Assembly: GCA_030390025.1 (NCBI GenBank)
Contig: CM059453.1
Location: 6,092,982-6,140,000 of the forward strand
From: Squalus acanthias
Taxonomy: Eukaryota
Direction: 5' to 3'
Length of the DNA stretch: 47,019 nt
This document shows positions 22,195 through 34,400 of this stretch, piece by piece (the first letter of the stretch is position 1; every line of letters starts with the position of its first letter). The notes under the pieces were generated by a model, which made no database searches, was not told where the DNA came from, and saw only the letters and a list, made by a program, of their open reading frames with translations. The position numbers and the translations under genes were made by a program.

Positions 22195-22929
22195 GGGCCA
22201 GAAATTAAAGTTCCTGCGGGGCTAAGGCTTCCCCGCGGTATCTCACTGCGCGCCTACCTTTTCCCTCCGAGCTCACACGAACTTTAGTTTCAAGGCTGCA
22301 GCTGTGCAGTGTGTGCGTATCCCAGAGACGGAGTTAGTTCGTGCGAGCTCTGGGATCACGTGATTCAGTTAGAGCCAATGGCAGCACATCATCTTTCATT
22401 CATAGTTTTGACAGCAAGGGCTGTCAAAGCTATGAATCTATATCCCCCCAAAAGAACAGCTAAACCTCAATTATTTTTTTTTAAAAAAGCCATCACGTTA
22501 ATAAAATAAGTATAGTTAAATAAATTAACCACTTTAAACAAAAAATAAATTTTTAAAAAAATTTAAAATCTTTTTAAAAGTTATAAAAATAAACTTACCT
22601 TTCTTTAAAGTCTCTAAAAAAGATAAACCTGTTGAAAAAAAATTAAAATAATACTTAATTAACTACTTACCTTGTTAAAAGAGGGTCTTACGCCTTCTTT
22701 CTTTATGTGCAAAAGCTTCCATGCTTACCTGCGCGTTCAAAGCACAAAGTGCACTGCGTGCGCGCAGCCTGTAGCGCGCACGCGGTTCACCTAGGAACCG
22801 CCCCCTTTTGAGTTCACGAAGTGCCATTTTCCGCGCATGCGCAGTGCATGCTGGAAACCGGCAATTGGAGACCGAAAACGCGAGAGTACACAGTGCGTAC
22901 TCTCGCCTATTAGTTCTAATTTTCGGGGC
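22195..22929 (+). mobile_element. ~740-bp MITE-like DNA transposon (PIF/Harbinger-like)
   Basis: TIRs GGGCCAGAAATT / AATTTTCGGGGC, flanks ATT/AAT; near reverse complement of 41675..42415. Confidence 0.75.
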
Positions 22930-24112
22930 AATATGATGCCCCATTGTACTGGTTCATGTACGATCTTACGTTCGTGATCTGGAAATGAATAACGAGCGCA
23001 ATTTCAAGCTTAAAGATTCCTCATTTGTGCGTACTCTGGAAATTGCGCCCGCATAAGCTTGAAGTTGCGCTGGTTAGGTTTGATATTTCTATATGTCAAT
23101 GGTTAATTGACATCTCAACCTATATACCGGAAATACCTTATGGAAAGGTGATTCTCTCTAATTATACCCAGCTGGTATTGGTGGAACTGCAATGCTTCAA
23201 CTTCCAGGAGGGTGTAATTGCAGTTTGTTCAGTTAACACAGAAAGGTCCCTTTAGAAATGAGGGGACAGGAAGTTATGGTGGGAAAGGCTGACTGGAATT
23301 GCATCAGATGCATGTTTAAAATATTTTATTATTCCATCTCCGCAGTCACACGACGCATGGTAGGTCAGAGAGTGTGGTCTATCTTAATTCTCTCTGCGGA
23401 CTTCTGGTTGCCAACTTGCTCCCTCTATCTCCTCTTCCGCTTCTCTCTCTCTCGTTCACTCGTTTTCAGATCTCTTGTGTTTCTCCCCCATTAATTCTTT
23501 TCACTTCTATCTCCCACCCGTCTGATTCTCTATATATTTTGTAATTTTCTTCTGTCCTTTCAGTGTCATTGGCATTGTATGCTTGCAAAGGAGTCACGAA
23601 TGCATGTATGCTGAATTTGCCCTGAAAATTGTAGGAACAATGCGGCCACAGCAGCTCTCTTCCTATCACTTCTCAATCATGTATGCTTTCCCAATCCACT
23701 CAATTTAATCTAATTGGCTATTCCTTCAACTTACTACTCATCTCTCCTTATCCTATATTTCTTGCTCTTCCATAACTCCCCCACATTTGTCAACTTCCAC
23801 TAGCGGCATAACTCCTGCAGCTTCCCCTTCCTTTCTGCAGTATAATGCAGCTAATTCTACGCCGTCCATCCTTGAACATGCGCTCTAATAAGGGAGGTTG
23901 GTGAAAAGACAGAGCTCCCTCTCCCGCAGCCTGTTTCCCTGGTTGAGTTTAACTCTCGTTTCCATCCTCCTTTCCTATTTGGCTCTCTCAACGGTGCAAT
24001 ACTTGATTTCGAATTTCTACTTTGAAAAAAAAGGAAATCACCTTACAATATGGAAGTAAACACGACAGACAGACGGTGATAGCTGGAGCGATAGATAGAC
24101 TGATAGATAGAA

Positions 24113-24300
24113 NNNNNNNNNNNNNNNNNNNNNNNNNNNNNNNNNNNNNNNNNNNNNNNNNNNNNNNNNNNNNNNNNNNNNNNNNNNNNNNNNNNNNNNN
24201 NNNNNNNNNNNNNNNNNNNNNNNNNNNNNNNNNNNNNNNNNNNNNNNNNNNNNNNNNNNNNNNNNNNNNNNNNNNNNNNNNNNNNNNNNNNNNNNNNNNN
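24113..24300. other. Assembly gap (188 N), preceded by a GACA/GATA microsatellite
   Basis: Run of N; agacagac...atagatagactgatagatag at 24064-24110. Confidence 0.99.
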
Positions 24301-24479
24301 CAGTATATTATCAGTTACATCCCTGCCGCAAAACTGGTGTTGTGGAACAGCCAACCATTATCGAACCCAGTATGATTTGGTTAATATTAATGGTCATTAA
24401 GATTATGTGGTTTTAAAATGGCCGGTAAATCAATAGAAACAAATTCCACCCTGAGTACAAATTAAAAATCTACAACATC

Positions 24480-25156
24480 AGCCCGGAATTTGAGATAGTA
24501 GCAACAGCGAGGCTGTGTAAAATAGACAGCAACTTCTGGCGGCCGCACATGTATAGTTAAATGCAGTAATCCAGCAGTTACTGTCCATGATACCCTGCTC
24601 CTCCACAGGGTGCGCTGTGCCAGTTTTCACAGATTGAATCAAAACAGAAATCACGTATTTGTCATGAACCTCAACTATTTACTCACTATTCTCCTTGTAT
24701 GGACCAATGGCACAGTTCAGCCCTGTCAGTCAGGAGTTATTGAGTTTTTAACGGCGTACCAAGTCATAATTACGACTGAACAACCTCGCTGACACTGAAA
24801 ATTCATTGTGCAACTGTGGAGCCGCATTCCCTCAGAAGAACATTGGCAATTTCAGGATTTTTAATAAATAAAAGATATATTTATTTTGTTAATGATTGTG
24901 TTGTTATATTTAAATTTCTCCCTTAAACCCATCTGTATGTCCTAATCGTTATTTCGCATTCTGTTCAATAATTTAAATGTGATTCACACTAGCTGCTTTT
25001 TACATCCTGCTTTGCCATCTGTGAGAATTCTTCAATCTGAGTGGCTGAACAACCTGCCTGCTGCCTACCCTGTTGCCAGGCGCCTCAGACCCCCTGTTGA
25101 AGGCGCCAAATTCAAACTTACGTCAGAATAGAGGAAGTCTGCGCACTACAGCCCGC
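24480..25156. mobile_element. Degraded TIR element of the same broad MITE group, interrupted by CR1
   Basis: agcccggaatttg...gacagcaacttctggcg...gataccctgct matches the reverse complement of 32045..32193. Confidence 0.45.
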
Positions 25157-25162
25157 TAAAAC

Positions 25163-27765
25163 GTTAGTTGGAGTTGTATACAGACCCCCAAACAGTAATG
25201 TTGAGGTTGGGGATGGCACTAAACGGGAAATTAGAGACGCGTGCAATATGAGCACAGCAGTTATCATGGGTGACTTTAATCTACATTTAGATTGGGCTAA
25301 CCAAATTAGTAACAATACTGTGGAGGAGGAATTCCTAGAGTGTATATGGGATGGTTTCCTGGACCAATATGTCGAGGAACCAATTGGAGATCAGGCCATC
25401 TTAAACTGGGTATTATGTAATGAGAAAGGATTAATTAGCAATCTTGTTGTGCGAGGCCCCTAGGGGAGGAGCGATCATAATATGATAGCATTCTTCATTA
25501 AGATGGAGAGTGAAGTAATTGACTCAGAGACTAGGGTCCTGAATTTAATAAAGGAAACTACGATGGTATGAGGCGCGAATTGGCTAGAATCGATTGGAGA
25601 ACGTTACTTAAAGGGTTGACGTTGGATAGGCAATGGCAAACATTTAAATATCGCATGGATGAACTACAGAATTTATTCATCTCTGTTTGTTATAAAATTA
25701 AAACATAAAAGGTGACTCAAACGTGGTTAACAAGGGAAATTAGGGATAGCATAAGATCCAAGGAGAGGACATATAAATTGGTCAGAAAAAACAGCAAACC
25801 TGAGGATTGAGAGCAGTTTAGGATTCAGCAAAGGAGGACAAAAGGGATTAATCAAGAGGGGGAAAATAGAGTATGAGAGTAAGCTTTCAGGGAACATAAA
25901 AACTGACTGTAAAAGCTTCTATAGATATGTGAAGAGAAAAGGATTGGTGAAGTCAAGCGTAGGTCCCTTGCAGTCAGAATCAGGGGAATTTATAATGGGG
26001 AATAAAGAAATTGTTGACCAATTAATATATACGTTGGTTCTGACTTCAAAAAGGAGGACACAAATAACCTTCCAGAGATGTCGGGGAACATAGGATCTAA
26101 TGGAGGGAAGAACTGAATGAAATCAGTATTTGTAGGGAAATGGTGTTAGGGAAATTGACGGGATTGAAGACCGATAAATCTCCAGGGCCTGATAATCTAC
26201 ATCTTAGGGTATTTAAGGAAGTGGCCCTAGAAATAGTAGATGCATTGCTGGTCATCTTCCAATATTCTACAGACTCTGGAACAGTTCCCACGGATTGGAG
26301 GGTAGCTAATGTAACCCAACTATTTAAAAGAGGTGGGACAGAGAAAAACGGGGAATTATAGACCGGTAAGCCTGACATCGGTAGTGGGGAACAGGCTAGA
26401 GTCCATTATAAAAGATGTAATAGCACAGCCCTTGGAAAACAGTGACAAGGATCGGACAAATTCAACATGGATCTACAAAATATAAATCATACTTTACTAA
26501 TCTACTGGAATTTTTTGAGGATGTAACTGGTTGAATAGATATGGGAGAACCAGTGGATGTGATTTATTAGGAATTGCAGAAGGCTTTCGATAAGGTCCCG
26601 CATAAGAGATTAGCCTGCAAAGTTAAAGCACATGGGATTGGGAGTAAGGTACTGAATTGGATAGTGAACTGTTTGGCAGACAGGAAGCAAAACGTTGGAA
26701 TAAACGGATCTTTTTCCGAGAGGCAGGCAGTGACTAGTGATGTACCGCAGGGATCGGTGCTATGACCCCAGTTATTCACAATATATATTAATGATCTAGA
26801 CGAGGGAACTAGATGTAATATCTCCAAGTTTGCAGACGACACAAAGCTGGGTGGGCGTGTGTGATGTGAGTAGGATGCAGAGAAAGTCCATTATGATTTG
26901 GACAAGGTGGGTGATTGGGCAGAATTCATGGCAGATGCAGTATAATGTGGATAAATGCGAGGTTATCCACTTTGGTGGCAAAAACAGGAAGGCAGATTAT
27001 TATCTGAACTGCAATAGTTTGGGAAAAGGGGAAGTGCAACGACCCCTGGGAGTCCGTGTGCACCAGTCGTTGAAGGTAAGCATGCAGGTGCAGCAGGCGG
27101 TTAAGAAAGCAAATGGTGTGTTGGCCTTTATAGCTAGAGGATTCGAGCACAGAGCAAGGATGTCTTGCTGCAGTTGTACAGGGCCTTTGTGAGACCACAC
27201 CTTGAGTATTGTGTGCAGTTTTGGTCGCCTTATCGGAGGAAGGATGTCCTTGACATAGAGGGAGTGCAGCGAAGATTCACCAGACACGTTGGGATGGCAG
27301 GAACGACGTATGAAGAGAGATTGGGACGATTGTGCTTGTATTATCTACAGTTTAGAAGAATAAGAGTGGATCTCATTGAAACTTATGAAATTCTAACAGG
27401 ACTGGACAGACTAGATGCAGGAAGGATGTTCCCGATGGTGGGGGAGTCCAGAACCAGGTGTCACAGTCTAAGGATAAGGGGTAAGCCAGCTAGGACTGAG
27501 ATGAGGAGGAATTTCTTCACCCAGAGAGTGGTGAACCTGTGGAATTCTCTACCACAGAAGGCAGTTGAAGGCAATTCATTAAATATATTCAAGAAGGAGA
27601 TAGATATATTTCTTAAGGCTAAAGGGATCAAGGGATATGGGGAGAAAGCAGGGACAGGGTACTGAATTTGGATGATCAGCCATGATCTCATTAAATGGCG
27701 GAGCAGGCTCGAGGGGACGAATGGCCTACTCCTGCTCCTATCTTCTATGTTTCTATGTTTCTATG
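25163..27765 (+). mobile_element. CR1 LINE, 2.6 kb, 5'-truncated (endonuclease + RT + 3' tail), inactivated
   Basis: VGVVYRPPNS, VIMGDFN, KSPGPD, KAFDKVPH, VPQGSVL, FADDTK, RPHLEYCVQFW motifs; (tctatgtt)n tail; TAAAAC on both flanks (25157-62, 27766-71). Confidence 0.95.
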
Positions 27766-28134
27766 TAAAACCGGTGAGCTGCTTTTTTCGAGGTTAAAAG
27801 CGACCGCCGTGCCTTTTCCTTTCCTGCAAAAATATCACTTATTACCATTTCAAAACCAGTCCTGCATTTGTCCGCTATTATCATACAGTACAGTATCAGT
27901 TCAAGACTGGTAATTTTCCATGTCTCATCATGCAAACAAAACTCGGTTAACCTCAAAGAGGAACAGTGTTTCACTTAACCGAAACTTTGAGCTCATCGAT
28001 TCTATATTTAACTGCACATGAAACACTGGGCAGCTACATGTTTGAAATGCAGAACCAACAGTAATTCAAAGCGAAATTTGTAGATTATTGTTAACCGTTT
28101 AAGGGTCTTAATACATGAGAAGACTCTATGTAAT

Positions 28135-28246
28135 TTGGATGATCAGCCATGATCGTATTGAATGGTGGAGCAGGCTCGACGGGCCGAATGGCCTACTCCT
28201 GCTCCTAGTGTCTATGTTTCTATATGTTTCTATGTTTCTATGTAAT
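28135..28246 (+). mobile_element. Tiny 5'-truncated CR1 tail insertion, present only in unit 1
   Basis: Flanked by a CTATGTAAT direct repeat (28126-34, 28238-46); unit 2 shows the empty site. Confidence 0.8.
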
Positions 28247-28825
28247 ATAATATTGTGGCTCAGGGGCACTGGGACTGCAAAGTGAGTTCGTGAATTTTGA
28301 TAGCACCCGCATGCACCAATTGAAAACTAACTCAGTGATATGCGATGGAATCTCTTCTTCCGAATAGCTATAAGAGTTTGGTATTGAGAGATTGAACAGC
28401 GCCACGCAGGTTATGATGGGGAACGGGGAAAAAGATCAAAATGGGTCATCTTTAATTCATCATTAAATTGGCAGCAATTCGGAGAGAGCTCACAAAGGCG
28501 TGAAACAATTCAAACGTCAAACTTGTGCAGGAGATTTGTTAAACTGGGACTGTTGTATCAGTAACTCGGACAAGAGATGCACTGGGTGCTCTGTGCATTG
28601 GCACCAGTAATTGCTCTTGAAGATTAACTCCACTTGCGCTTCCACTGAAATCGAAAACTGTTCAAGTTCAGATTAGATGAAAGCCAAAAGGTGTTAATGG
28701 CTCTAATCTAAGACTTAAATATAGATACAACGAAACCAAAGTGTAGGTCCTATGCTGAAATATACTGCAGAGTTTTGAAAGTATTAGGTGTGCATGAATA
28801 AATATTCAATTGTGGATTAGCGATT

Positions 28826-29053
28826 GGAATCTGAACTAGGTGCTTTGTGTGGTTTATATATATATAGAATAGCTGATACCTGGGAGTGAATTATAGGCTG
28901 GAATCTAATCAACATTTACAGGGGGTTGATATACAGTGTAACGTATACACGGGAGTGAGTTGCAGCCTTGAATCTAATCGAGGGGATCGGGTGGTTTATA
29001 TATAGAATGACATATACCCGGGAGTGAGTTACAGGCTGGATTCTAATCGAGGT
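28826..29053. repeat. ~70-bp minisatellite (ggaatctaatcgagggg...tttatatatagaat...cccgggagtgagttacaggct), ~3 copies; duplicated at ~30748..30973
   Basis: ggaatct/gaatct recurs at about 28826, 28900, 28970 and 29038. Confidence 0.8.
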
Positions 29054-31405
29054 GATGACGTGTGCTATGTCCGCAATATTGGTTGCCCATAATTTTTACA
29101 AGACGCTGAGAAGCAAAAAGAACATTTCCCCCGATACTTCAACCACCCATGTGCATCCTGGCTATGAGAATACGGGAGGTCGGAGCTGCTTTCTCATCAC
29201 TTCTACTGCCGGTATAACATATAGCAGGGGGAACCCAGACGCACTTTTGCATTTCAAACACTCGTGATCTATCTGCTCGGTAAAGTCCTTTGTTTGTGCA
29301 AGTGGAGTCTGTGCAGCAGATGCAGGAGGCACCGTCAGTCCACAGTCCCTCCAGGGTGAGCTGTCATTGTATGGACTGCTGATCAACGGCCTGAACCCAA
29401 AATCAGTGCTCATATCCCAGCCCAGCCCCGTGATCCCTAACAGGACTAGACAGACTAGATGCAGGAAGGATGTTCCCGATGGCGGGGGAGTCCAGAACCA
29501 GGGTTCACAGTCTAAGGATAAGTTAGGACTGAGATGAGGAGGAACTTCTTCATCCAGGGAATGGTGAACCTGTGGAATTCTCTACCACAGAACGCAGTTG
29601 ATGGCAATTCATTAAATATATTCAAGAAGGAGAGAGATATATTTCTTAAGGCTAAAGGGATCAAGGGATATGGGGAGAAAGCAGGGATATGGTACTGAAT
29701 TTGGATGATCAGCCATGATCTCATTAAATGGCGGAGCAGGCTCGAGGGGACGAATGGCCTACTCCTGCTCCTATCTTCTATGTTTCTCCTTATCTATGTA
29801 AAACCGGTGAGCTGCTTTTTTCGAGGTTAAAAGCGACCGCCGTGCCTTTTCCTTTCCTGCAAAAATATCACTTATTACCATTTCAAAACCAGTGCTGTAT
29901 TTGTCCGTTATTATCATACAGTACAGTATCAGTTCAAGACTGGTAATTTTCCATGTCTCATCATGCAAACAAAACTCGGTTAACCTCAAAGAGGAACAGT
30001 GTTTCACTTAACCGAAACTTTGAGCTCATCGATTCTATATTTAACTGCACATGAAACACTGGGCAGCTACATGTTGGAAATGCAGAACCAATAGTAACTC
30101 AACGCGCCATTTTTGTAGATTATTGTTAAACCTTTAAGGGTCTTAATACATGAGAAGACTCTATGTAATATAATATTGTGGCTCAGGGGCACTGGGACTG
30201 CAAAGTGAGTTCGTGAATTTTGATAGCACCCGCATGCACCAATTGAAAACGAACTCAGTGATATGCGATGGAATCTCTTCTTCCTAATAGCTATAAGAGT
30301 TTGATATTGAGAGATTGAACAGCGCCACTCAGGTTATGATGGGGAACGGGGAAAAAGATCAAAATGGGTCATCTTTAATTCATCATTAAATTGGCAGCAA
30401 TTCGGAGAGAGCTCACAAAGGCGTGAAACAATTCAAACGTCAAACTTGTGCAGGAGAGTTGTTAAACTGGGACTGTTGTATCAGTAACTCAGACAAGAGA
30501 TGCAATGGGTGCTCTGTGCATTGGCAGCAGTAATTGTTCCTGAAGATAACTTCCACTTGCGCTTCCACTGAAATCGAAAACTGTTCAAGTTCAGATCAGA
30601 TGAAAGCCAAAAGTGTTAATGGCTCTAATCTAAGACTTATATATAGATACACCGAAACCGAAGTGTAGGTCCTATGCTGAAATATACTGCAGACTTTTGA
30701 AAGTATTAGGTGTGCATAAATAAATATTCAATTGTGGATTAGCGATTGGAATCTGATCTAGGTGCTTTGGGTGGTGTATATATATAGAATAGCTGATACC
30801 TGGGAGTGAATTATAGGCTGGAATCTAATCAACATTTACAGGGGGCTGATATACAGTGTAACGTATACACGGGAGTGAGTTGCAGCCTGGAATCTAATCG
30901 AGGGGATCGGGTGGTTTATATATAGAATAACATATACCCGGGAGTGAGGTACAGGCTGGATTCTAATCGAGGTGTTGATGTGTGCTATGTCCGCAATATT
31001 GGTTGCCCAGAATTATTACAAGACGCCGAGAAGCAAGAAGAACATTTCCCCCGATGCTTCAACCACCCATGTGCATCCTGGCTATGAGAATACGGGAAGT
31101 CGGAGCTGCTTTCTCATCCCTTCTACTGCCGGTATAACATATAGCAGGGGGAACCCAGACGCACTTCTGCATTTCAAACACTCCTGATCTATCTGCTCGG
31201 TAGAGTCCTTTGTTTGAGCAAGTGGAGTCTGTGCAGCAGATGCAGGAGGCACCGTCAGTCCACAATCCCTCCAGGGTGAGCTGTCATTGTATGGACTGCT
31301 GAATAACGGCCTGAACGCAAACTCAGTGCTCATATCCCAGCCCAGCCCCGTGATCCCGAATATCGGGGGCAAGCGTTGTCAGATCTTTTCTTATTCTGAA
31401 ACCCC

Positions 31406-31453
31406 ATGAGCTGCTTTGATTTTTCATTCTGCTTGCCCTGCGGTTCCCTGAAG
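31406..31453 (+). CDS. Candidate gene B signal-peptide exon (out of phase by 1 nt as assembled)
   Basis: ATG 31406 and consensus donor AAG|GTAAGT at 31454. One extra T in the T5 run (31420-24) gives MSCFDFFILLALRFPE/AAVSGQW in phase 1. Confidence 0.55.
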
Positions 31454-34400
31454 GTAAGTTATTTTTTATTTACGAAATCCACCAGAGTAGGAGGAATGCT
31501 ACTTCTGGTAGTGGGGGCGGGATCTAAATCAGCAGTCATTTATAAGCGCTGGGCTGGTGTTTTTCACATACTGCTGCCTATTTTTCGGTAGATCTCGGGG
31601 AGGGCGCGGCTGGAAACTTGCTAGAGACTCGCTGAGCCGCATGAGGCCTCCGCACTTCACCCAGTCCTAGGTGTGCATTTAAAGGTTCGATAAAACTAGC
31701 GCCTCGATCCTATTCTCCGCTGCTTTCCGCATTAATCTTTGATCGAGGGCCTGCTGGCGAGGTCAGAGCGAACAGCGTTTAATGTTTAGCACAGGCGGCG
31801 GGCCGCTGAGAAACTGTCTAAGTAGAGGGTTTATCGACAGCACCAACATTTTAAACATCTTTTATTCAGATTGGTCAGTAACTGCCTTCCGCCAGCATTA
31901 CCCTGTGACACAACCCCTCCCCCTCGGGTCTGCCGCGCAACTCCATGCCCTCAGTTATCAGAGTCTCCTCCTATTCGCCTTCAATTATTCGGCAATCGAT
32001 ACTGATTGGGTTAAGTAAAGACCCCAAGAATTATTTCGTCTTGGGGGAGGACAGCAGGGTATCACTAACACCAACTTCCGGGTTTCTGCGTTAAACTGTG
32101 CCCGGCGTACGCCAGAAGTTGCTGTCTCTTTTACCCTGTAATAACGGCGAGCACTGACAACCTCGCCGTTAATAGTACAGCAAAATCAGGGCCATTGTAT
32201 CCGGGCTAGAATGCGTTCAGGAAAGTCATTTCAAAGAATCATAGAATGGTTACACAGAGAAGGAGGCCATTCGGCCCTTCGAGCCCGTGCCGGCTCGCTG
32301 CAAGAGCACTTCAGATAATCCCACTCCCCCCGCCCTTTCCCCCACAGCCCTGCAATATTTTTTTTTTCCTTCAGGTACGATTCCATTTTGAAAGCCACGA
32401 TTGAGTTTGCCTCCACCGCCATTTCAGGCAGTGCATTCCAGACCATAACCACTCGCGGCGTAAAAAACTTTTCCGTCATGTCGCCTTTGGTTATTCTGCC
32501 AATCACCTTACAGCTGGGTCCTCTGGTGCTCGAGCCTTCCGCCAATGGGAATGGATTCTCTCTCCCTGTCTGGGCACTGCATGATTTTGAACACCTCTAA
32601 TTAACAGGACTTGAGAGATCACACACGATAGTTCACGTCACAATTGCTGCTTCACCAGATTGCAATGTTTCTGCCTTATTTACTTATTTGAGATATCCAC
32701 CCCTGCCGCAGCATCACAATGACCACAGCTTGTCGCAATCGACACTCTCTGTCAGAATCACCATGGTGCTTTATTCCCTATTATCTTCCTAGAATTTTAT
32801 GTAGTCTTTGCTTTAGTCGACTCCACCAGCACATTGCGGTCAATGCAAAGGGAAATAGGATGAGGAGTATAATGTTAAACTGCAAACGACCACTTTGAGA
32901 TAGAGATAGGAGAAAGTACAAGGCGAAGAAAAAACAAGTTGAAAATATAATCTACCGTCTGTGAAGCGGGTTACAACATTTTTCTAGTTTATACAATCCA
33001 TATAAATGCAAAATAACAACAGCAAACGTTGGAAAAAACTCAACAGGCCAGGCAGCATCCGTGGAGAGAGAAACAGAGTTAACGTTTCAGGTCGAAGACC
33101 TTTCGTCAGAACTGGAAAAAAGCAGGAAATGAAATAAATTTAAAGCAAGTATAATGCTGGGTAAACGGGGAGGGGATGAAAGAACAAAAGGGAAGGTCAG
33201 TGGTATGATAGGAAGCAGTATAAATTAAGAGACATTGAGAGACATTAAGAGGTATTCAAGGCAAGCGGAGATGGTATTTTGATAGGTTGAGGCTAGACGA
33301 AATGTGAAATGCGCTGGCAGAATGAAAGACAGCTGCCAGCTTCTGGGAGGGAAGAAAAAAAAGCCCAAACAAAAAGTTGGATGAAAAAATAAAATAAAAA
33401 TATGTCCGCATTTCACACTTCATCGAGCCTCAACCCGTCACATTAGCCACCTCCTCTTCACTTGAATATCTCTTAATGTCTCTCAATGTCTCTTAATCTT
33501 TCCTGCTTTCTATCATACCACTGACATTCCCTTTTGTTCTTTCATCCCCTCCCCCTTTTCCCAGCATTATACTTGCTCTAAAATCTACTCCATTTCCTGT
33601 TTTCTTTTAAGTTCTGACGAAAGGTCTTCGACCTGAAACTTTAACTCTGTTTCTCTCTCCACGGATGCTTCCTGCCCTGCTGAGTTTTTCCAGCGCTTTC
33701 TGCTGTTATTTCGGATTTCCAGCATCCACAGTATTTTGATATCCTGTATAAATGCAAGTTGAAGTTAAACCCGCCATGATTTATTTTAAATCTATAGCCT
33801 CCTAGAGGGTGATTGTATATTCCACATTTAGCCAGGGCTATTTTAATAATTACCTTTACTTTAAAGAAATGTGCGTTCGAATTTTTACCTGTAGCAGTGG
33901 AAATAAAAATCGGGCGTTTCTTACTATTTAATATTTCAAATTTGCTTTGTTTTGTTAGCTGCTGTGAGCGGGCAATGGTCAGTGCAGATGCCAAAGCAAC
34001 TGTCAGTGTTGGTAGGCTCCTGTGTTGTGATCCCATGTTATGTTGACCATCCATTGGTTGCACCGGATAGGATGTGGTTAAAGGGAGGGCCTGACCCCAA
34101 TGACTCGGGTGTCACCATCGTCTACAACTCAAAAAGACGAGAATCGGCTGACCCTGCGTATCGAGGTCGCAGTGGGATGATGCCGAGCCAACATCCAAAG
34201 AATTGCTCCTTTTGGATAGCTGGCATCAGGAATGAAGATGAGGGTGAATATTACATCGCAGCAACTGTCGGTGGAAAAATTATTGCCTCTGAACCGGTGT
34301 TTCTTTCCGTTTTCGGTGAGTTTGAATTTCATCCTTTCCATTGGAAAAAAAAAATATTTTTTAGGATGCGGGCGTTACTGGCAAGACCGGTATTTATTGT

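Larger units (their letters stand above)
27393..31357 (+). repeat. Tandem duplication: unit 1 ~27393..29436, unit 2 ~29437..31357
   Basis: Both units start ctaacaggact(g/a)gacagactagatgcagg and end cccagcccagccccgtgatcc; paired near-identical ORFs in the track (27695/29728, 29052/30972). Confidence 0.95.
33010..33710. mobile_element. Penelope-like element remnant: ~300-bp inverted arms (33010..33313 and 33407..33710) with a ~93-bp spacer
   Basis: The arms are reverse complements and carry ctgacgaaaggtcttcgacctgaaac..aactctgtttctctctccacggatgct, typical of pseudo-LTR termini. Confidence 0.7.

Noticed and set aside
25248-27665. Functional reverse transcriptase gene
   Set aside because: Multiple stops and frameshifts plus 5' truncation; a dead CR1 copy.
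29052-29413. Duplicated small ORFs (also 30972..31372) as a novel peptide gene pair
   Set aside because: Their similarity is explained by the recent tandem duplication; no recognisable domain or coding signature.
24480-32193. One 7.7-kb TIR element capturing gene B's promoter and leader
   Set aside because: The ends are related inverted sequences but quite diverged, and the family is abundant. The left element appears to resume just after the CR1 at 27772, so independent copies are more parsimonious.
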